NCBI RefSeq assembly: GCF_000009045.1
Contig: NC_000964.3
Span: 780,001 to 812,000 of the forward strand
Reading direction: 5' to 3'
DNA from: Bacillus subtilis subsp. subtilis str. 168
GTDB lineage: Bacteria; Bacillota; Bacilli; Bacillales; Bacillaceae
Length of the DNA stretch: 32,000 nt
This document shows, one piece after another, positions 7,276-15,600 of the stretch (the stretch's first letter is position 1; each line of letters opens with the position of its first letter). Below the pieces are notes generated by a model that saw nothing but the letters and a program-made list of their open reading frames with translations, searched no databases and had not been told where the DNA came from. A program made the position numbers and the translations under genes.

Positions 7276-7560
7276 GTGCCGGTCCGCTGTGTCGAGAGAA
7301 AAATCACAAGCCTCGTCGTTGATCTTTCGGGTGTTCCGATTGTGGATACCATGGTGGCTCAGCAATTGTACAACCTGTCTAAAACACTTTTCTTATTAGG
7401 CGTCAAAGCCGTATTTTCAGGAATTCGCCCGGATGTGGCCCAAACATCGATTCAATTGGGGCTTGATTTTAGTGAATATGAAACGTACGGCACGCTGAAG
7501 CAGGCATTAGAAAACATGGGTGTCCGCTGTATTGTTGAGGAATTGGAAGAAAACAAATAG
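7276..7560 (+). CDS. yezB: RsbR-paralogue fragment: C-terminal STAS domain, 94 aa
   Basis: STAS hallmark LVVDLSGVPIVDTMVAQQL...GIRPDVAQT. The ORF is in the -1 frame relative to yetI. GTG 7276 has no convincing SD. Confidence 0.8.
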   Translation: MPVRCVERKITSLVVDLSGVPIVDTMVAQQLYNLSKTLFLLGVKAVFSGIRPDVAQTSIQLGLDFSEYETYGTLKQALENMGVRCIVEELEENK

Positions 7561-7569
7561 GAAGTTTCC

Positions 7570-7611
7570 AGGCATATGATTGTCCGTCACCGGGTGATCA
7601 TATGCCTTTTT
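7570..7611 (+). terminator. Intrinsic terminator after yezB
   Basis: AGGCATATGAT-(16-nt loop)-ATCATATGCCT followed by TTTT. Confidence 0.75.
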
Positions 7612-7631
7612 GATTTGAACAGAAATCACCA

Positions 7632-7660
7632 TTGATTTATCGAAAAAAACATAATATTAT
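7632..7660 (+). promoter_or_regulatory. Candidate sigma-A promoter of yezD: TTGATT-N17-TATTAT
   Basis: -35 at 7632-7637, -10 at 7655-7660. Confidence 0.5.
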
Positions 7661-7661
7661 A

Positions 7662-7675
7662 ATTCTTATAAGAAT
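7662..7675. promoter_or_regulatory. Perfect 14-bp palindrome ATTCTTATAAGAAT over the predicted yezD transcription start (candidate operator)
   Basis: Self-complementary when read on both strands. Begins 2 nt after the -10 hexamer. Confidence 0.45.
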
Positions 7676-7714
7676 ACTGTGAATTAAAACCTATTCAACA
7701 GGGGGGAAGGTCTT

Positions 7715-7882
7715 TTGGTTTCTAAATCAACGATTGATCCGGAAGTGATTGAAAAAATCATCAGCTCGCTGGAAACACTCGATTTCGGCACGGTTCAGAT
7801 TACGGTTCATGATTCTCAGATTACCCAAATTGAGAAAATAGAAAAGCACCGTTTTTCGCTGAAAAGGAAAGAATCAAAATGA
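7715..7882 (+). CDS. yezD: Small DUF2292/YezD-family protein, 55 aa (below the ORF-track size cutoff)
   Basis: TTG 7715 just after GGGGGGAAGG. Translation LVSKSTIDPEVIEKIISSLETLDFGTVQITVHDSQITQIEKIEKHRFSLKRKESK, TGA 7880-7882. Confidence 0.75.
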   Translation: MVSKSTIDPEVIEKIISSLETLDFGTVQITVHDSQITQIEKIEKHRFSLKRKESK

Positions 7883-7925
7883 TAATGTAAAGGGCGTTTG
7901 TTTTCATTAAATTCTCCTTAAAACA

Positions 7926-7955
7926 TATACATATTTCATCCAATTTTTATATAAT
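7926..7955 (+). promoter_or_regulatory. Candidate sigma-A promoter of yetJ: TATACA-N18-TATAAT
   Basis: Perfect -10 at 7950-7955, weak -35. No terminator between yezD and yetJ, so read-through is also possible. Confidence 0.3.
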
Positions 7956-7991
7956 AGACCTTTAAGATCATTTTTTAGGAGGATTTTTGAC

Positions 7992-8636
7992 ATGCAAGCT
8001 ACGGTTCACGAGAGTAAGCAATCGATCATGCAACGCATTTTGACAGTCTTTGTCTTCACATTGCTGATCGCGACTGTCGGCCTTTTTATCGGCCAATTTG
8101 TTCCTGTCGCTTTGATGCTGCCGCTTTCTATTCTTGAAGTGGCGATGATTATTCTGGCCTTCTGGATGCGCAGAAGAAAAGCGGTCGGGTATGCGTTTGT
8201 ATATACATTCGCGTTCGTTTCCGGCATTACCTTATTTCCGATCGTCAGCCATTACGCTTCCATCGCCGGCGCCTATGTCGTGCTCGAAGCCTTTGGCTCT
8301 ACATTTGTCATTTTTGCCGTCTTGGGCACAATCGGCGCAAAAATGAAGAAGGATTTATCCTTCCTGTGGTCGTTTCTGCTGGTTGCGGTGCTCGCACTCG
8401 CAGTGGTAGGGATTTTCAACATTTTCAGCCCGTTAAACTCAGCGGCGATGATGGCGTATTCCGTGATCGGAACCATCGTCTTTTCCCTTTACATTTTGTA
8501 TGATTTGAACCAAATCAAGCACCGCCACATTACGGAAGACTTGATTCCGGTTATGGCGTTATCGCTGTACCTAGACTTTATCAACTTGTTCATCAACCTG
8601 CTCCGCTTCTTCGGCATTTTGAGCAGTGATGATTAA
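7992..8636 (+). CDS. yetJ: TMBIM/Bax-inhibitor-1 family 7-TM protein (pH-sensitive Ca2+ leak channel homologue), 214 aa
   Basis: ATG 7992 after TAGGAGGA. Highly hydrophobic 7-TM sequence with the C-terminal DLNQIK...LYLDFINLF motif typical of BI-1 proteins. Confidence 0.93.
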   Translation: MQATVHESKQSIMQRILTVFVFTLLIATVGLFIGQFVPVALMLPLSILEVAMIILAFWMRRRKAVGYAFVYTFAFVSGITLFPIVSHYASIAGAYVVLEAFGSTFVIFAVLGTIGAKMKKDLSFLWSFLLVAVLALAVVGIFNIFSPLNSAAMMAYSVIGTIVFSLYILYDLNQIKHRHITEDLIPVMALSLYLDFINLFINLLRFFGILSSDD

Positions 8637-9628
8637 TGAAAAAGCGTCTGTCATTGGATAGGCGCTTTTTGCCATACATCAAAAAGGCAGGTGGAGTATT
8701 GGTGAAAAAACAAATGGGCGCATATGTATCTCTGGCAGCAGCTATGGCGATCGTCGGCAGTTCTGTCGTTGTCGGCAAGCTGATGGTCGAACGGATTCCG
8801 GTCTTTCTTTCCTCAGGATTGCGTTTTTTGATCGCTTCTGTCGTATTGCTCATGCTGCTGTTTTGCATTGAAAAAGGGTTTCCGGCTTTGACGAAAAAAG
8901 ATGTGTTCGTATTACTGGTGCAATCATTCACAGGCGTGTTTTTGTTCAGTATTTGCCTGCTGTATGGGGTTCAATATACGACGGGAACGGAAAGCGGCAT
9001 TTTGACAAGCACAACCCCCATGTTGATCGGTATTTTATCCTTTTTCCTGCTGAGAGAAAAAATTGAGAAAAAGACGCTGATCGGCATTTTGCTGGCGGTT
9101 TGCGGCGTAATGGCGATTAATTTGTTTGGAGCCGGGAGCCAAGACGGGACGCCGCACGCCTTATTCGGGAACATGCTGATCATTGCTGCAGTCATTGGCG
9201 AAGCGTTGTTTACATTGATGGCCAAGCTGCTATCCCCGCATATTTCGGCACTGGCGATTTCGACCTTCGTATCGCTCTTCGGCTTCCTGTTTTTTCTCCC
9301 GTTTGCTTTGTTTGAGGCCTCTTCATTTGATTACAGCGTGCCGACTGTTTTGGATTGGTCGTATGTGCTGTATTACGCGCTTTTTGTCACTGTTTTGGCG
9401 TTTTACTTATGGTATAGCGGGGTGACGAAGGTGCCGGCGGGTGTATCGGGCATTTTCACATCCGTTCTTCCGGTCTCAGCTGTCATTTTGTCAGGCGTGA
9501 TATTGAAGGAGCCATTTGAGTTTGTGCATTTCATCGGCATTGCATGTGTCATCGGCGGCATATTTGTTACGGTCATAAAGAAAAAACAGCCGGATGCGTA
9601 TCCGGCTGCAGAAGAAAAGACGCTATAG
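8636..9628 (+). CDS. yetK: EamA/DMT-superfamily 10-TM transporter (330 aa from ATG 8636; 308 aa if GTG 8702 is used)
   Basis: ATG 8636 overlaps the yetJ stop (TAATG). Codons 2-12 form a terminator-like hairpin, and GTG 8702 has a better SD (GGTGGAG 8690-8696). Two EamA repeats are evident. Confidence 0.85.
   Translation: MKKRLSLDRRFLPYIKKAGGVLVKKQMGAYVSLAAAMAIVGSSVVVGKLMVERIPVFLSSGLRFLIASVVLLMLLFCIEKGFPALTKKDVFVLLVQSFTGVFLFSICLLYGVQYTTGTESGILTSTTPMLIGILSFFLLREKIEKKTLIGILLAVCGVMAINLFGAGSQDGTPHALFGNMLIIAAVIGEALFTLMAKLLSPHISALAISTFVSLFGFLFFLPFALFEASSFDYSVPTVLDWSYVLYYALFVTVLAFYLWYSGVTKVPAGVSGIFTSVLPVSAVILSGVILKEPFEFVHFIGIACVIGGIFVTVIKKKQPDAYPAAEEKTL
8639..8670 (+). terminator. Terminator-like hairpin plus T5 immediately after the yetJ stop, inside the 5' end of the long yetK ORF
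   Basis: AAAAGCGTCT-(11-nt loop)-AGGCGCTTTT followed by T. The GC core is 6 bp with one G.U pair. Confidence 0.5.
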
Positions 9629-9653
9629 CCTGTCCGGATCGGACGGGTTTTTT
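9629..9653 (+). terminator. Intrinsic terminator of yetK
   Basis: CCTGTCC-ggatc-GGACGGG followed by TTTTTT. Confidence 0.75.
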
Positions 9654-10155
9654 AGTCTTTAAACACGCTCAGCCTTTCAAAAAGATCACCAAGCATCTTC
9701 ACGAACATGTCTTTTTCCTCGTCGCTGTAGTTTTCCATGACAGCGGATATTTTGCTGAAATGGCCGGGCAGAAATTGCTCCAGGCGTGCTTTGCCTTCTG
9801 TTGTCAGTTCAATGCTGATTTTTCGTTTATCCTCTGTGTGATGCCTGCGGCTGACAAAACCGTCTCTCGCCAGCCCGTCTAGCAGGCCTGTAATTGTTGC
9901 TTTCGTGACATTTGACCGCTTGGCAAGCTCTGTCGGACTTAACCTATGATCCTTGGCATCAAAGAGCAGCATCAGGATTTTGAATTTTCCTTCTGAAAGC
10001 CCTCGGCCAGCAAAGTAATGCTCCATCACATGATTCATTTTTTTTGAAATATCAAAAAGAGATAAAAACAATTCAAGAGAGCCGGCGTCAATATTGGCAT
10101 ACGTTTCGGCGTGCTCTGTTATATGCTTATATTTCGGTAAATGTTTTAATTCCAT
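9652..10155 (-). CDS. yetL: MarR-family transcriptional repressor, 167 aa
   Basis: ATG 10155 with GGGAG 9 nt upstream. Winged-helix MarR core (LSPTELAKRSNVTKATITGLLDGLARDGFVSR). Divergent from yetM. Confidence 0.93.
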   Translation of the reverse strand: MELKHLPKYKHITEHAETYANIDAGSLELFLSLFDISKKMNHVMEHYFAGRGLSEGKFKILMLLFDAKDHRLSPTELAKRSNVTKATITGLLDGLARDGFVSRRHHTEDKRKISIELTTEGKARLEQFLPGHFSKISAVMENYSDEEKDMFVKMLGDLFERLSVFKD

Positions 10156-10188
10156 CGCAATTAGCTCCCGTACATTCGTTGTGACACG

Positions 10189-10217
10189 ATTATAAAGGAG
10201 GGAAAACCATAACGCAA
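10189..10217 (-). promoter_or_regulatory. Candidate sigma-A promoter of yetL: TTGCGT-N17-TATAAT
   Basis: Minus strand -35 at 10212-10217, -10 at 10189-10194. Confidence 0.35.
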
Positions 10218-10267
10218 CTTGGCTTGGAGATGATTGACAGCTTTTCTTGGGACATAGTAAGGTAATA

Positions 10268-10285
10268 TAGTTAGGCGCCTAACTA
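10268..10285. promoter_or_regulatory. Perfect 18-bp palindrome TAGTTAGGCGCCTAACTA, MarR-type (YetL) operator in front of yetM
   Basis: Perfect dyad symmetry. Lies between a TTGACA hexamer (10234-10239) and the yetM SD in the divergent yetL-yetM region. Confidence 0.75.
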
Positions 10286-10317
10286 ATACATATAGAGCTG
10301 AAAAGGTGGTTATTGAT

Positions 10318-11427
10318 ATGAAACATATGTTAATAGCAGGAGGCGGAATCGGCGGCTTGTCAGCGGCCATTTCTCTCCGTAAGGCAGGGTTTTCCGTCAC
10401 CTTATGTGAAGCGGCTTCAGAAAATCGAAAAACAGGTGCGGGGATTCTTCAGCCGCAAAACGCACTGGCGGTGTTGAAAGAACTGGGCGTATTCGAAGAT
10501 TGCTGTAAGCACGGCTTTCAAACAGAATGGTTTAAAACGTTTGATGAACAGGGGAATTTGCTGTTTCAAGTCAGTGAATCCTTTTTAGACGATTCACTTC
10601 CGGGACGCAATAATATCCTGCGCAAAACGTTAAATGACATTCTCATGAAGCATGCCGAGGCAGTGGGTGTAGACATCAAGTGGGGGAAAAAGGTTGTCGC
10701 CTATGAAGAAACTGCTGAATCGGTCACTGCCTTATGTGAAGATGGAGAAAAGATGCAGGCTGACATTCTGGCGGGCTTTGACGGCATTCACTCCGTTGTT
10801 CGTGATAAGATGCTGCAAAAGGAAACGGAAAAAGAGCATCTCGGCATGGGAGCGTGGCGCTTTTATATCGAACTTCCTGATTACACATTCGAGGACGCAA
10901 CATTCATGTATAGAAGCGGAGACACACAAATCGGGGTGGTGCCATTGGCACAACACGCTGGCTATGTCTTCGTCCTCCAGCCTTGCACGAGCGATTACTG
11001 GGATGAGGAAGATACCCGGTTTGATAGAGTAAAAGAGATTCTTTCTGGTTTTCGGGGGCTGGATTTTGTCACAAAGCACATGTCAAAACAGCATCCTGTC
11101 ATCTTTAACAAACTGGAGCAGGTCGCCGTGCAGGAGCCATGGCATAAAGGCCGCGTCATCATCGGAGGAGACGCCGCCCACGCCGGTGCGCCAACCCTGG
11201 CACAAGGAGCGGCAATGGCGATCGAGGATGCCATCGTCCTCGCCGAAGAACTCCAAAACCACGCCGACCACGAAACAGCATTACAGGCGTACTATAAAAG
11301 AAGAGCCCCACGAGCGCTCAAAGTCCAGAACCTATCATCTGAAATCGTCCGCCGCAGGCTGAAAGGAGAGCCGGGAGCGGAAGAACTGATTGGGGAGTGC
11401 TATGCGGTGTTGAGGGAAGGGTATTAA
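10318..11427 (+). CDS. yetM: FAD-dependent aromatic-ring monooxygenase (UbiH/salicylate hydroxylase class), 369 aa
   Basis: ATG 10318 after AAAAGGTGG; GTG 10306 lies inside the SD. GxGxxG motif (IAGGGIGGLSAA) and the GDAAH / AQGAAMAIEDA motifs. Confidence 0.93.
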   Translation: MKHMLIAGGGIGGLSAAISLRKAGFSVTLCEAASENRKTGAGILQPQNALAVLKELGVFEDCCKHGFQTEWFKTFDEQGNLLFQVSESFLDDSLPGRNNILRKTLNDILMKHAEAVGVDIKWGKKVVAYEETAESVTALCEDGEKMQADILAGFDGIHSVVRDKMLQKETEKEHLGMGAWRFYIELPDYTFEDATFMYRSGDTQIGVVPLAQHAGYVFVLQPCTSDYWDEEDTRFDRVKEILSGFRGLDFVTKHMSKQHPVIFNKLEQVAVQEPWHKGRVIIGGDAAHAGAPTLAQGAAMAIEDAIVLAEELQNHADHETALQAYYKRRAPRALKVQNLSSEIVRRRLKGEPGAEELIGECYAVLREGY

Positions 11428-11432
11428 ATAGG

Positions 11433-11463
11433 AAAAGTCCAGAAAGTGATTTCTGGACTTTTT
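11433..11463. terminator. Bidirectional terminator shared by convergent yetM and yetN
   Basis: AAAAGTCCAGAAA-gtga-TTTCTGGACTTTT. Confidence 0.85.
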
Positions 11464-12532
11464 AGTCTTGCTCTGTTTTATTCCTTATCCGCTCAATCAC
11501 CTCATGCAGCCCCTCAGGCTTATAAAACTCCACCGGTGAACTGCCTTTCTCAAACGAAATCGTCTCGGCTTCAATCAGCGCGACATAGCGCCCGTTTACT
11601 TTTGCGAGATGAATAGAATCGCCAAAATCCGCTAGCAATCCCTTAATCTCTGTTTCTCCGACTTTCATTTTCAGCTGGGCCTCTGGCGTGTGCTCGATGA
11701 TTTGGGCGGAGGCTTCGATGACTTGATGGGTGTCGAGGCGCTCTTGGATTTCCCGTTTTTCGCTTGCTTCCCAAATCTCAATGTCGTGCTCGAACTGCTT
11801 GAGTTCTTCGCTGTTGTCTTCAAATGTCTCGTAGACGTGCTCTTGTACCATGTTCATGACCTGATTTTTCATGATTTCTGGCATCGATTCTCCGTACTCG
11901 ACGAATTTCAGAAAGTCCTCAAAATAGCGGGCGTGCGAGGCCTGGTGGATTTTCAGTTCACCTTCCTCGACCATTCCTTCCTCTGGCATGTACGGGTATT
12001 GGATGCTTTTCATGTTTTTTGTCGTGATCGCCATTTCGACTTTTTTAATGAGAGAAGACGCGTCAGAGATGCGGGCGACCTTCGGCTCAAAATCACATTT
12101 CATAATGAAGACAAATGACTCATCAAAGTATTTTCTCGGCACGGCCGAAGCGACGAGAAACACGCCGCCGCGAACCGCGCTTGTGTCAAGGTACGTGCGG
12201 ACGAACTGCTCGCTCAGCTCATTGAAGTCTTCTTTTGTTTCCGCCAGACGCGCGCGGTTGAACATGTTGTAGTTTGGGTTGGAATCGAGCTCGTGGCCGG
12301 GCTCGACGATAAAATGGCCGATTTTCGTCGGCACCTGCTCGGACTGCGGATGGCGGTCGGCTTTCCGTTTAACGATTTTTTTCAGTTCCCCGTCGAGAAA
12401 GTCCTTCAGCTCGCTTTCTTCAAATTCTCCCGTATCAAGGGTCTGGAAGTGCTTGAACTGCTTGTTCGCCTGCTCATCTTTGCCTTCCACCTGTATGACA
12501 TAAAAGGATAAAAACCGAATTTCAAAATCCAT
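11462..12532 (-). CDS. yetN: Acidic protein of unknown function, 356 aa (DUF3900-type; NdpA/YejK-like by eye)
   Basis: ATG 12532 (MDFEIRFLSF...) with AAGGTGAG 8 nt upstream. Own sigma-A promoter at 12572-12601. Terminator at 11433-11463. Confidence 0.88.
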   Translation of the reverse strand: MDFEIRFLSFYVIQVEGKDEQANKQFKHFQTLDTGEFEESELKDFLDGELKKIVKRKADRHPQSEQVPTKIGHFIVEPGHELDSNPNYNMFNRARLAETKEDFNELSEQFVRTYLDTSAVRGGVFLVASAVPRKYFDESFVFIMKCDFEPKVARISDASSLIKKVEMAITTKNMKSIQYPYMPEEGMVEEGELKIHQASHARYFEDFLKFVEYGESMPEIMKNQVMNMVQEHVYETFEDNSEELKQFEHDIEIWEASEKREIQERLDTHQVIEASAQIIEHTPEAQLKMKVGETEIKGLLADFGDSIHLAKVNGRYVALIEAETISFEKGSSPVEFYKPEGLHEVIERIRNKTEQD

Positions 12533-12571
12533 ATATAAACTCACCTTATTCGCGTATTGTACAGCTTCTCA

Positions 12572-12601
12572 AGTATAGAAAAAACAGCGATCATGCGTCA
12601 A
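12572..12601 (-). promoter_or_regulatory. Sigma-A promoter of yetN: TTGACG-N18-TATACT
   Basis: Minus strand -35 at 12596-12601, -10 at 12572-12577. Confidence 0.55.
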
Positions 12602-12681
12602 TTGGGAGAACGGAATAATCATGACCATGAAAGGGAAATGTAGTCAAATAGAAGGCATTTCATACGGAAAGGAATGGTTCG

Positions 12682-15600
12682 ATGAAGGAAACAAGCCCGA
12701 TTCCTCAGCCGAAGACGTTTGGGCCGCTCGGCAATTTGCCTTTAATTGATAAAGACAAACCGACGCTTTCGCTGATCAAACTGGCGGAAGAACAGGGCCC
12801 GATTTTTCAAATCCATACACCCGCGGGCACGACCATTGTAGTGTCCGGCCATGAATTGGTGAAAGAGGTTTGTGATGAAGAACGGTTTGATAAAAGCATT
12901 GAAGGCGCCTTGGAAAAGGTTCGCGCATTTTCCGGTGACGGATTGTTTACGAGCTGGACGCATGAGCCTAACTGGAGAAAAGCGCACAACATTCTGATGC
13001 CGACGTTCAGCCAGCGGGCCATGAAGGACTATCATGAGAAAATGGTCGATATCGCTGTTCAGCTCATTCAAAAATGGGCAAGGCTCAACCCGAATGAAGC
13101 AGTCGATGTCCCGGGAGATATGACCCGGCTGACGCTCGACACCATTGGGCTATGCGGGTTTAACTACCGCTTTAACAGTTACTACAGAGAAACGCCCCAC
13201 CCGTTTATCAACAGCATGGTGCGGGCGCTTGATGAAGCGATGCATCAAATGCAGCGGCTTGATGTTCAAGATAAGCTTATGGTCAGAACAAAGCGGCAAT
13301 TCCGCTATGATATTCAAACGATGTTTTCGTTAGTCGACAGCATTATTGCAGAGCGCAGGGCGAATGGAGACCAGGATGAAAAAGATTTGCTCGCCCGCAT
13401 GCTGAATGTGGAAGATCCGGAAACTGGTGAAAAGCTCGACGACGAAAATATCCGCTTTCAGATCATCACGTTTTTGATTGCCGGCCATGAAACAACGAGC
13501 GGCCTGCTTTCCTTTGCGACTTACTTTTTATTGAAGCATCCTGACAAACTGAAAAAGGCGTATGAAGAGGTCGATCGGGTGCTGACGGATGCAGCGCCGA
13601 CCTATAAACAAGTGCTGGAGCTTACATACATACGGATGATTTTAAATGAATCACTGCGCTTATGGCCGACAGCTCCGGCTTTCAGCCTTTATCCAAAAGA
13701 AGACACAGTCATTGGCGGAAAATTTCCGATCACGACGAATGACAGAATTTCTGTGCTGATTCCGCAGCTTCATCGTGATCGAGACGCTTGGGGAAAGGAC
13801 GCAGAAGAATTCCGGCCGGAACGGTTTGAGCATCAGGACCAAGTGCCTCATCATGCGTACAAACCATTCGGAAATGGACAACGGGCCTGTATCGGCATGC
13901 AGTTTGCCCTTCATGAAGCCACACTTGTGTTAGGCATGATTCTAAAATATTTCACATTGATTGATCATGAGAATTATGAGCTTGATATCAAACAAACCTT
14001 AACACTTAAGCCGGGCGATTTTCACATCAGTGTTCAAAGCCGTCATCAGGAAGCCATTCATGCAGACGTCCAGGCAGCTGAAAAAGCCGCGCCTGATGAG
14101 CAAAAGGAGAAAACGGAAGCAAAGGGTGCATCGGTCATCGGTCTTAACAACCGCCCGCTTCTCGTGCTGTACGGCTCAGATACCGGCACCGCAGAAGGCG
14201 TCGCCCGGGAGCTTGCTGATACTGCCAGTCTTCACGGCGTAAGGACAAAGACAGCACCTCTGAACGACCGGATTGGAAAGCTGCCGAAAGAGGGAGCGGT
14301 TGTCATTGTGACCTCGTCTTATAATGGAAAGCCGCCAAGCAATGCCGGACAATTCGTGCAGTGGCTTCAAGAAATCAAACCGGGTGAGCTTGAGGGCGTC
14401 CATTACGCGGTATTTGGCTGCGGCGACCACAACTGGGCGAGCACGTATCAATACGTGCCGAGATTCATTGATGAGCAGCTTGCGGAGAAAGGCGCGACTC
14501 GGTTTTCTGCGCGCGGGGAAGGGGATGTGAGCGGTGATTTTGAAGGGCAGCTTGACGAGTGGAAAAAAAGCATGTGGGCGGATGCCATCAAAGCATTCGG
14601 ACTTGAGCTTAATGAAAACGCTGATAAGGAACGAAGCACGCTGAGCCTTCAGTTTGTCAGAGGGCTGGGCGAGTCTCCGCTCGCTAGATCGTACGAAGCC
14701 TCTCACGCATCCATTGCCGAAAATCGTGAACTCCAGTCCGCAGACAGCGATCGAAGCACTCGCCATATCGAAATTGCATTGCCGCCGGATGTTGAATATC
14801 AAGAGGGCGACCATCTTGGCGTATTGCCAAAAAACAGCCAAACCAATGTCAGCCGGATTCTTCACAGATTCGGTCTGAAGGGAACCGACCAAGTGACATT
14901 GTCGGCAAGCGGCCGCAGTGCGGGGCATCTGCCATTGGGCCGTCCTGTCAGCCTGCATGATCTTCTCAGCTACAGCGTCGAGGTGCAGGAAGCAGCCACA
15001 AGAGCGCAAATACGTGAACTGGCGTCATTTACAGTGTGTCCGCCGCATAGGCGCGAATTAGAAGAACTGTCAGCAGAGGGTGTTTATCAGGAGCAAATAT
15101 TGAAAAAACGAATTTCCATGCTGGATCTGCTTGAAAAGTATGAAGCGTGTGACATGCCGTTTGAACGATTTTTAGAGCTTTTACGGCCGTTAAAACCGAG
15201 ATACTATTCGATTTCAAGCTCTCCAAGAGTGAATCCGCGGCAAGCATCGATCACAGTCGGTGTCGTGCGCGGCCCGGCGTGGAGCGGCCGTGGCGAATAC
15301 AGGGGTGTGGCATCAAATGATTTAGCTGAGCGTCAAGCCGGTGATGATGTCGTGATGTTTATCCGCACACCGGAATCCCGGTTTCAGCTTCCGAAAGACC
15401 CTGAAACGCCAATTATTATGGTCGGGCCAGGCACGGGAGTCGCGCCATTTCGCGGTTTCCTTCAAGCCCGCGATGTTTTAAAGCGGGAGGGCAAAACGCT
15501 CGGTGAGGCTCATCTCTATTTTGGATGCAGGAACGATCGGGATTTTATTTACCGAGATGAGCTTGAGCGGTTTGAAAAAGACGGAATCGTCACTGTCCAC

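Larger units (their letters stand above)
6689..7560 (+). pseudogene. yetI/yezB: Single RsbR-like stressosome gene interrupted by a 1-nt frame change near 7252-7256 (yetI + yezB)
   Basis: Adding one G after CGG 7253-7255 gives ...GSIDTKRAQVILETVPVRCVERKITSLVVDLSGVPIVDT..., colinear with RsbRA (...GTIDTERAKRIMENLL...VLIDITGVPVVDT). Confidence 0.85.

Noticed and set aside
7651-7660. ATAATATTAT palindrome considered as a Fur/PerR box
   Set aside because: Fur-family 7-1-7 boxes have an odd-numbered centre and G/C-containing arms (TGATAAT/TTATAAT). This is an even-centred, AT-only 10-mer that also simply overlaps the -10 hexamer.
12619-12630. Inverted repeat TCATG-AC-CATGA, and a GAATAATCAT stretch reminiscent of fatty-acid-responsive operators, upstream of cypD
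   Set aside because: The arms are only 5 bp. My recollection of the FadR/FatR box is too imprecise to score the match, which needs a 1-nt gap to align.
12621-12749. 42-codon upstream ORF ([12 protein letters not shown]...) overlapping the cypD start in another frame
   Set aside because: The SD-like GGGAGA is 11 nt away, which is a long spacing. The peptide has no recognisable features, and I have no conservation evidence. It could still be a regulatory uORF, but the sequence alone does not support it.
14176-15009. 277-aa ORF antisense to the reductase domain of cypD
   Set aside because: It lies entirely inside a strongly supported 1061-aa gene on the other strand. It has no SD or promoter, and its Cys/Arg-rich composition is typical of antisense frames of GC-rich coding DNA.
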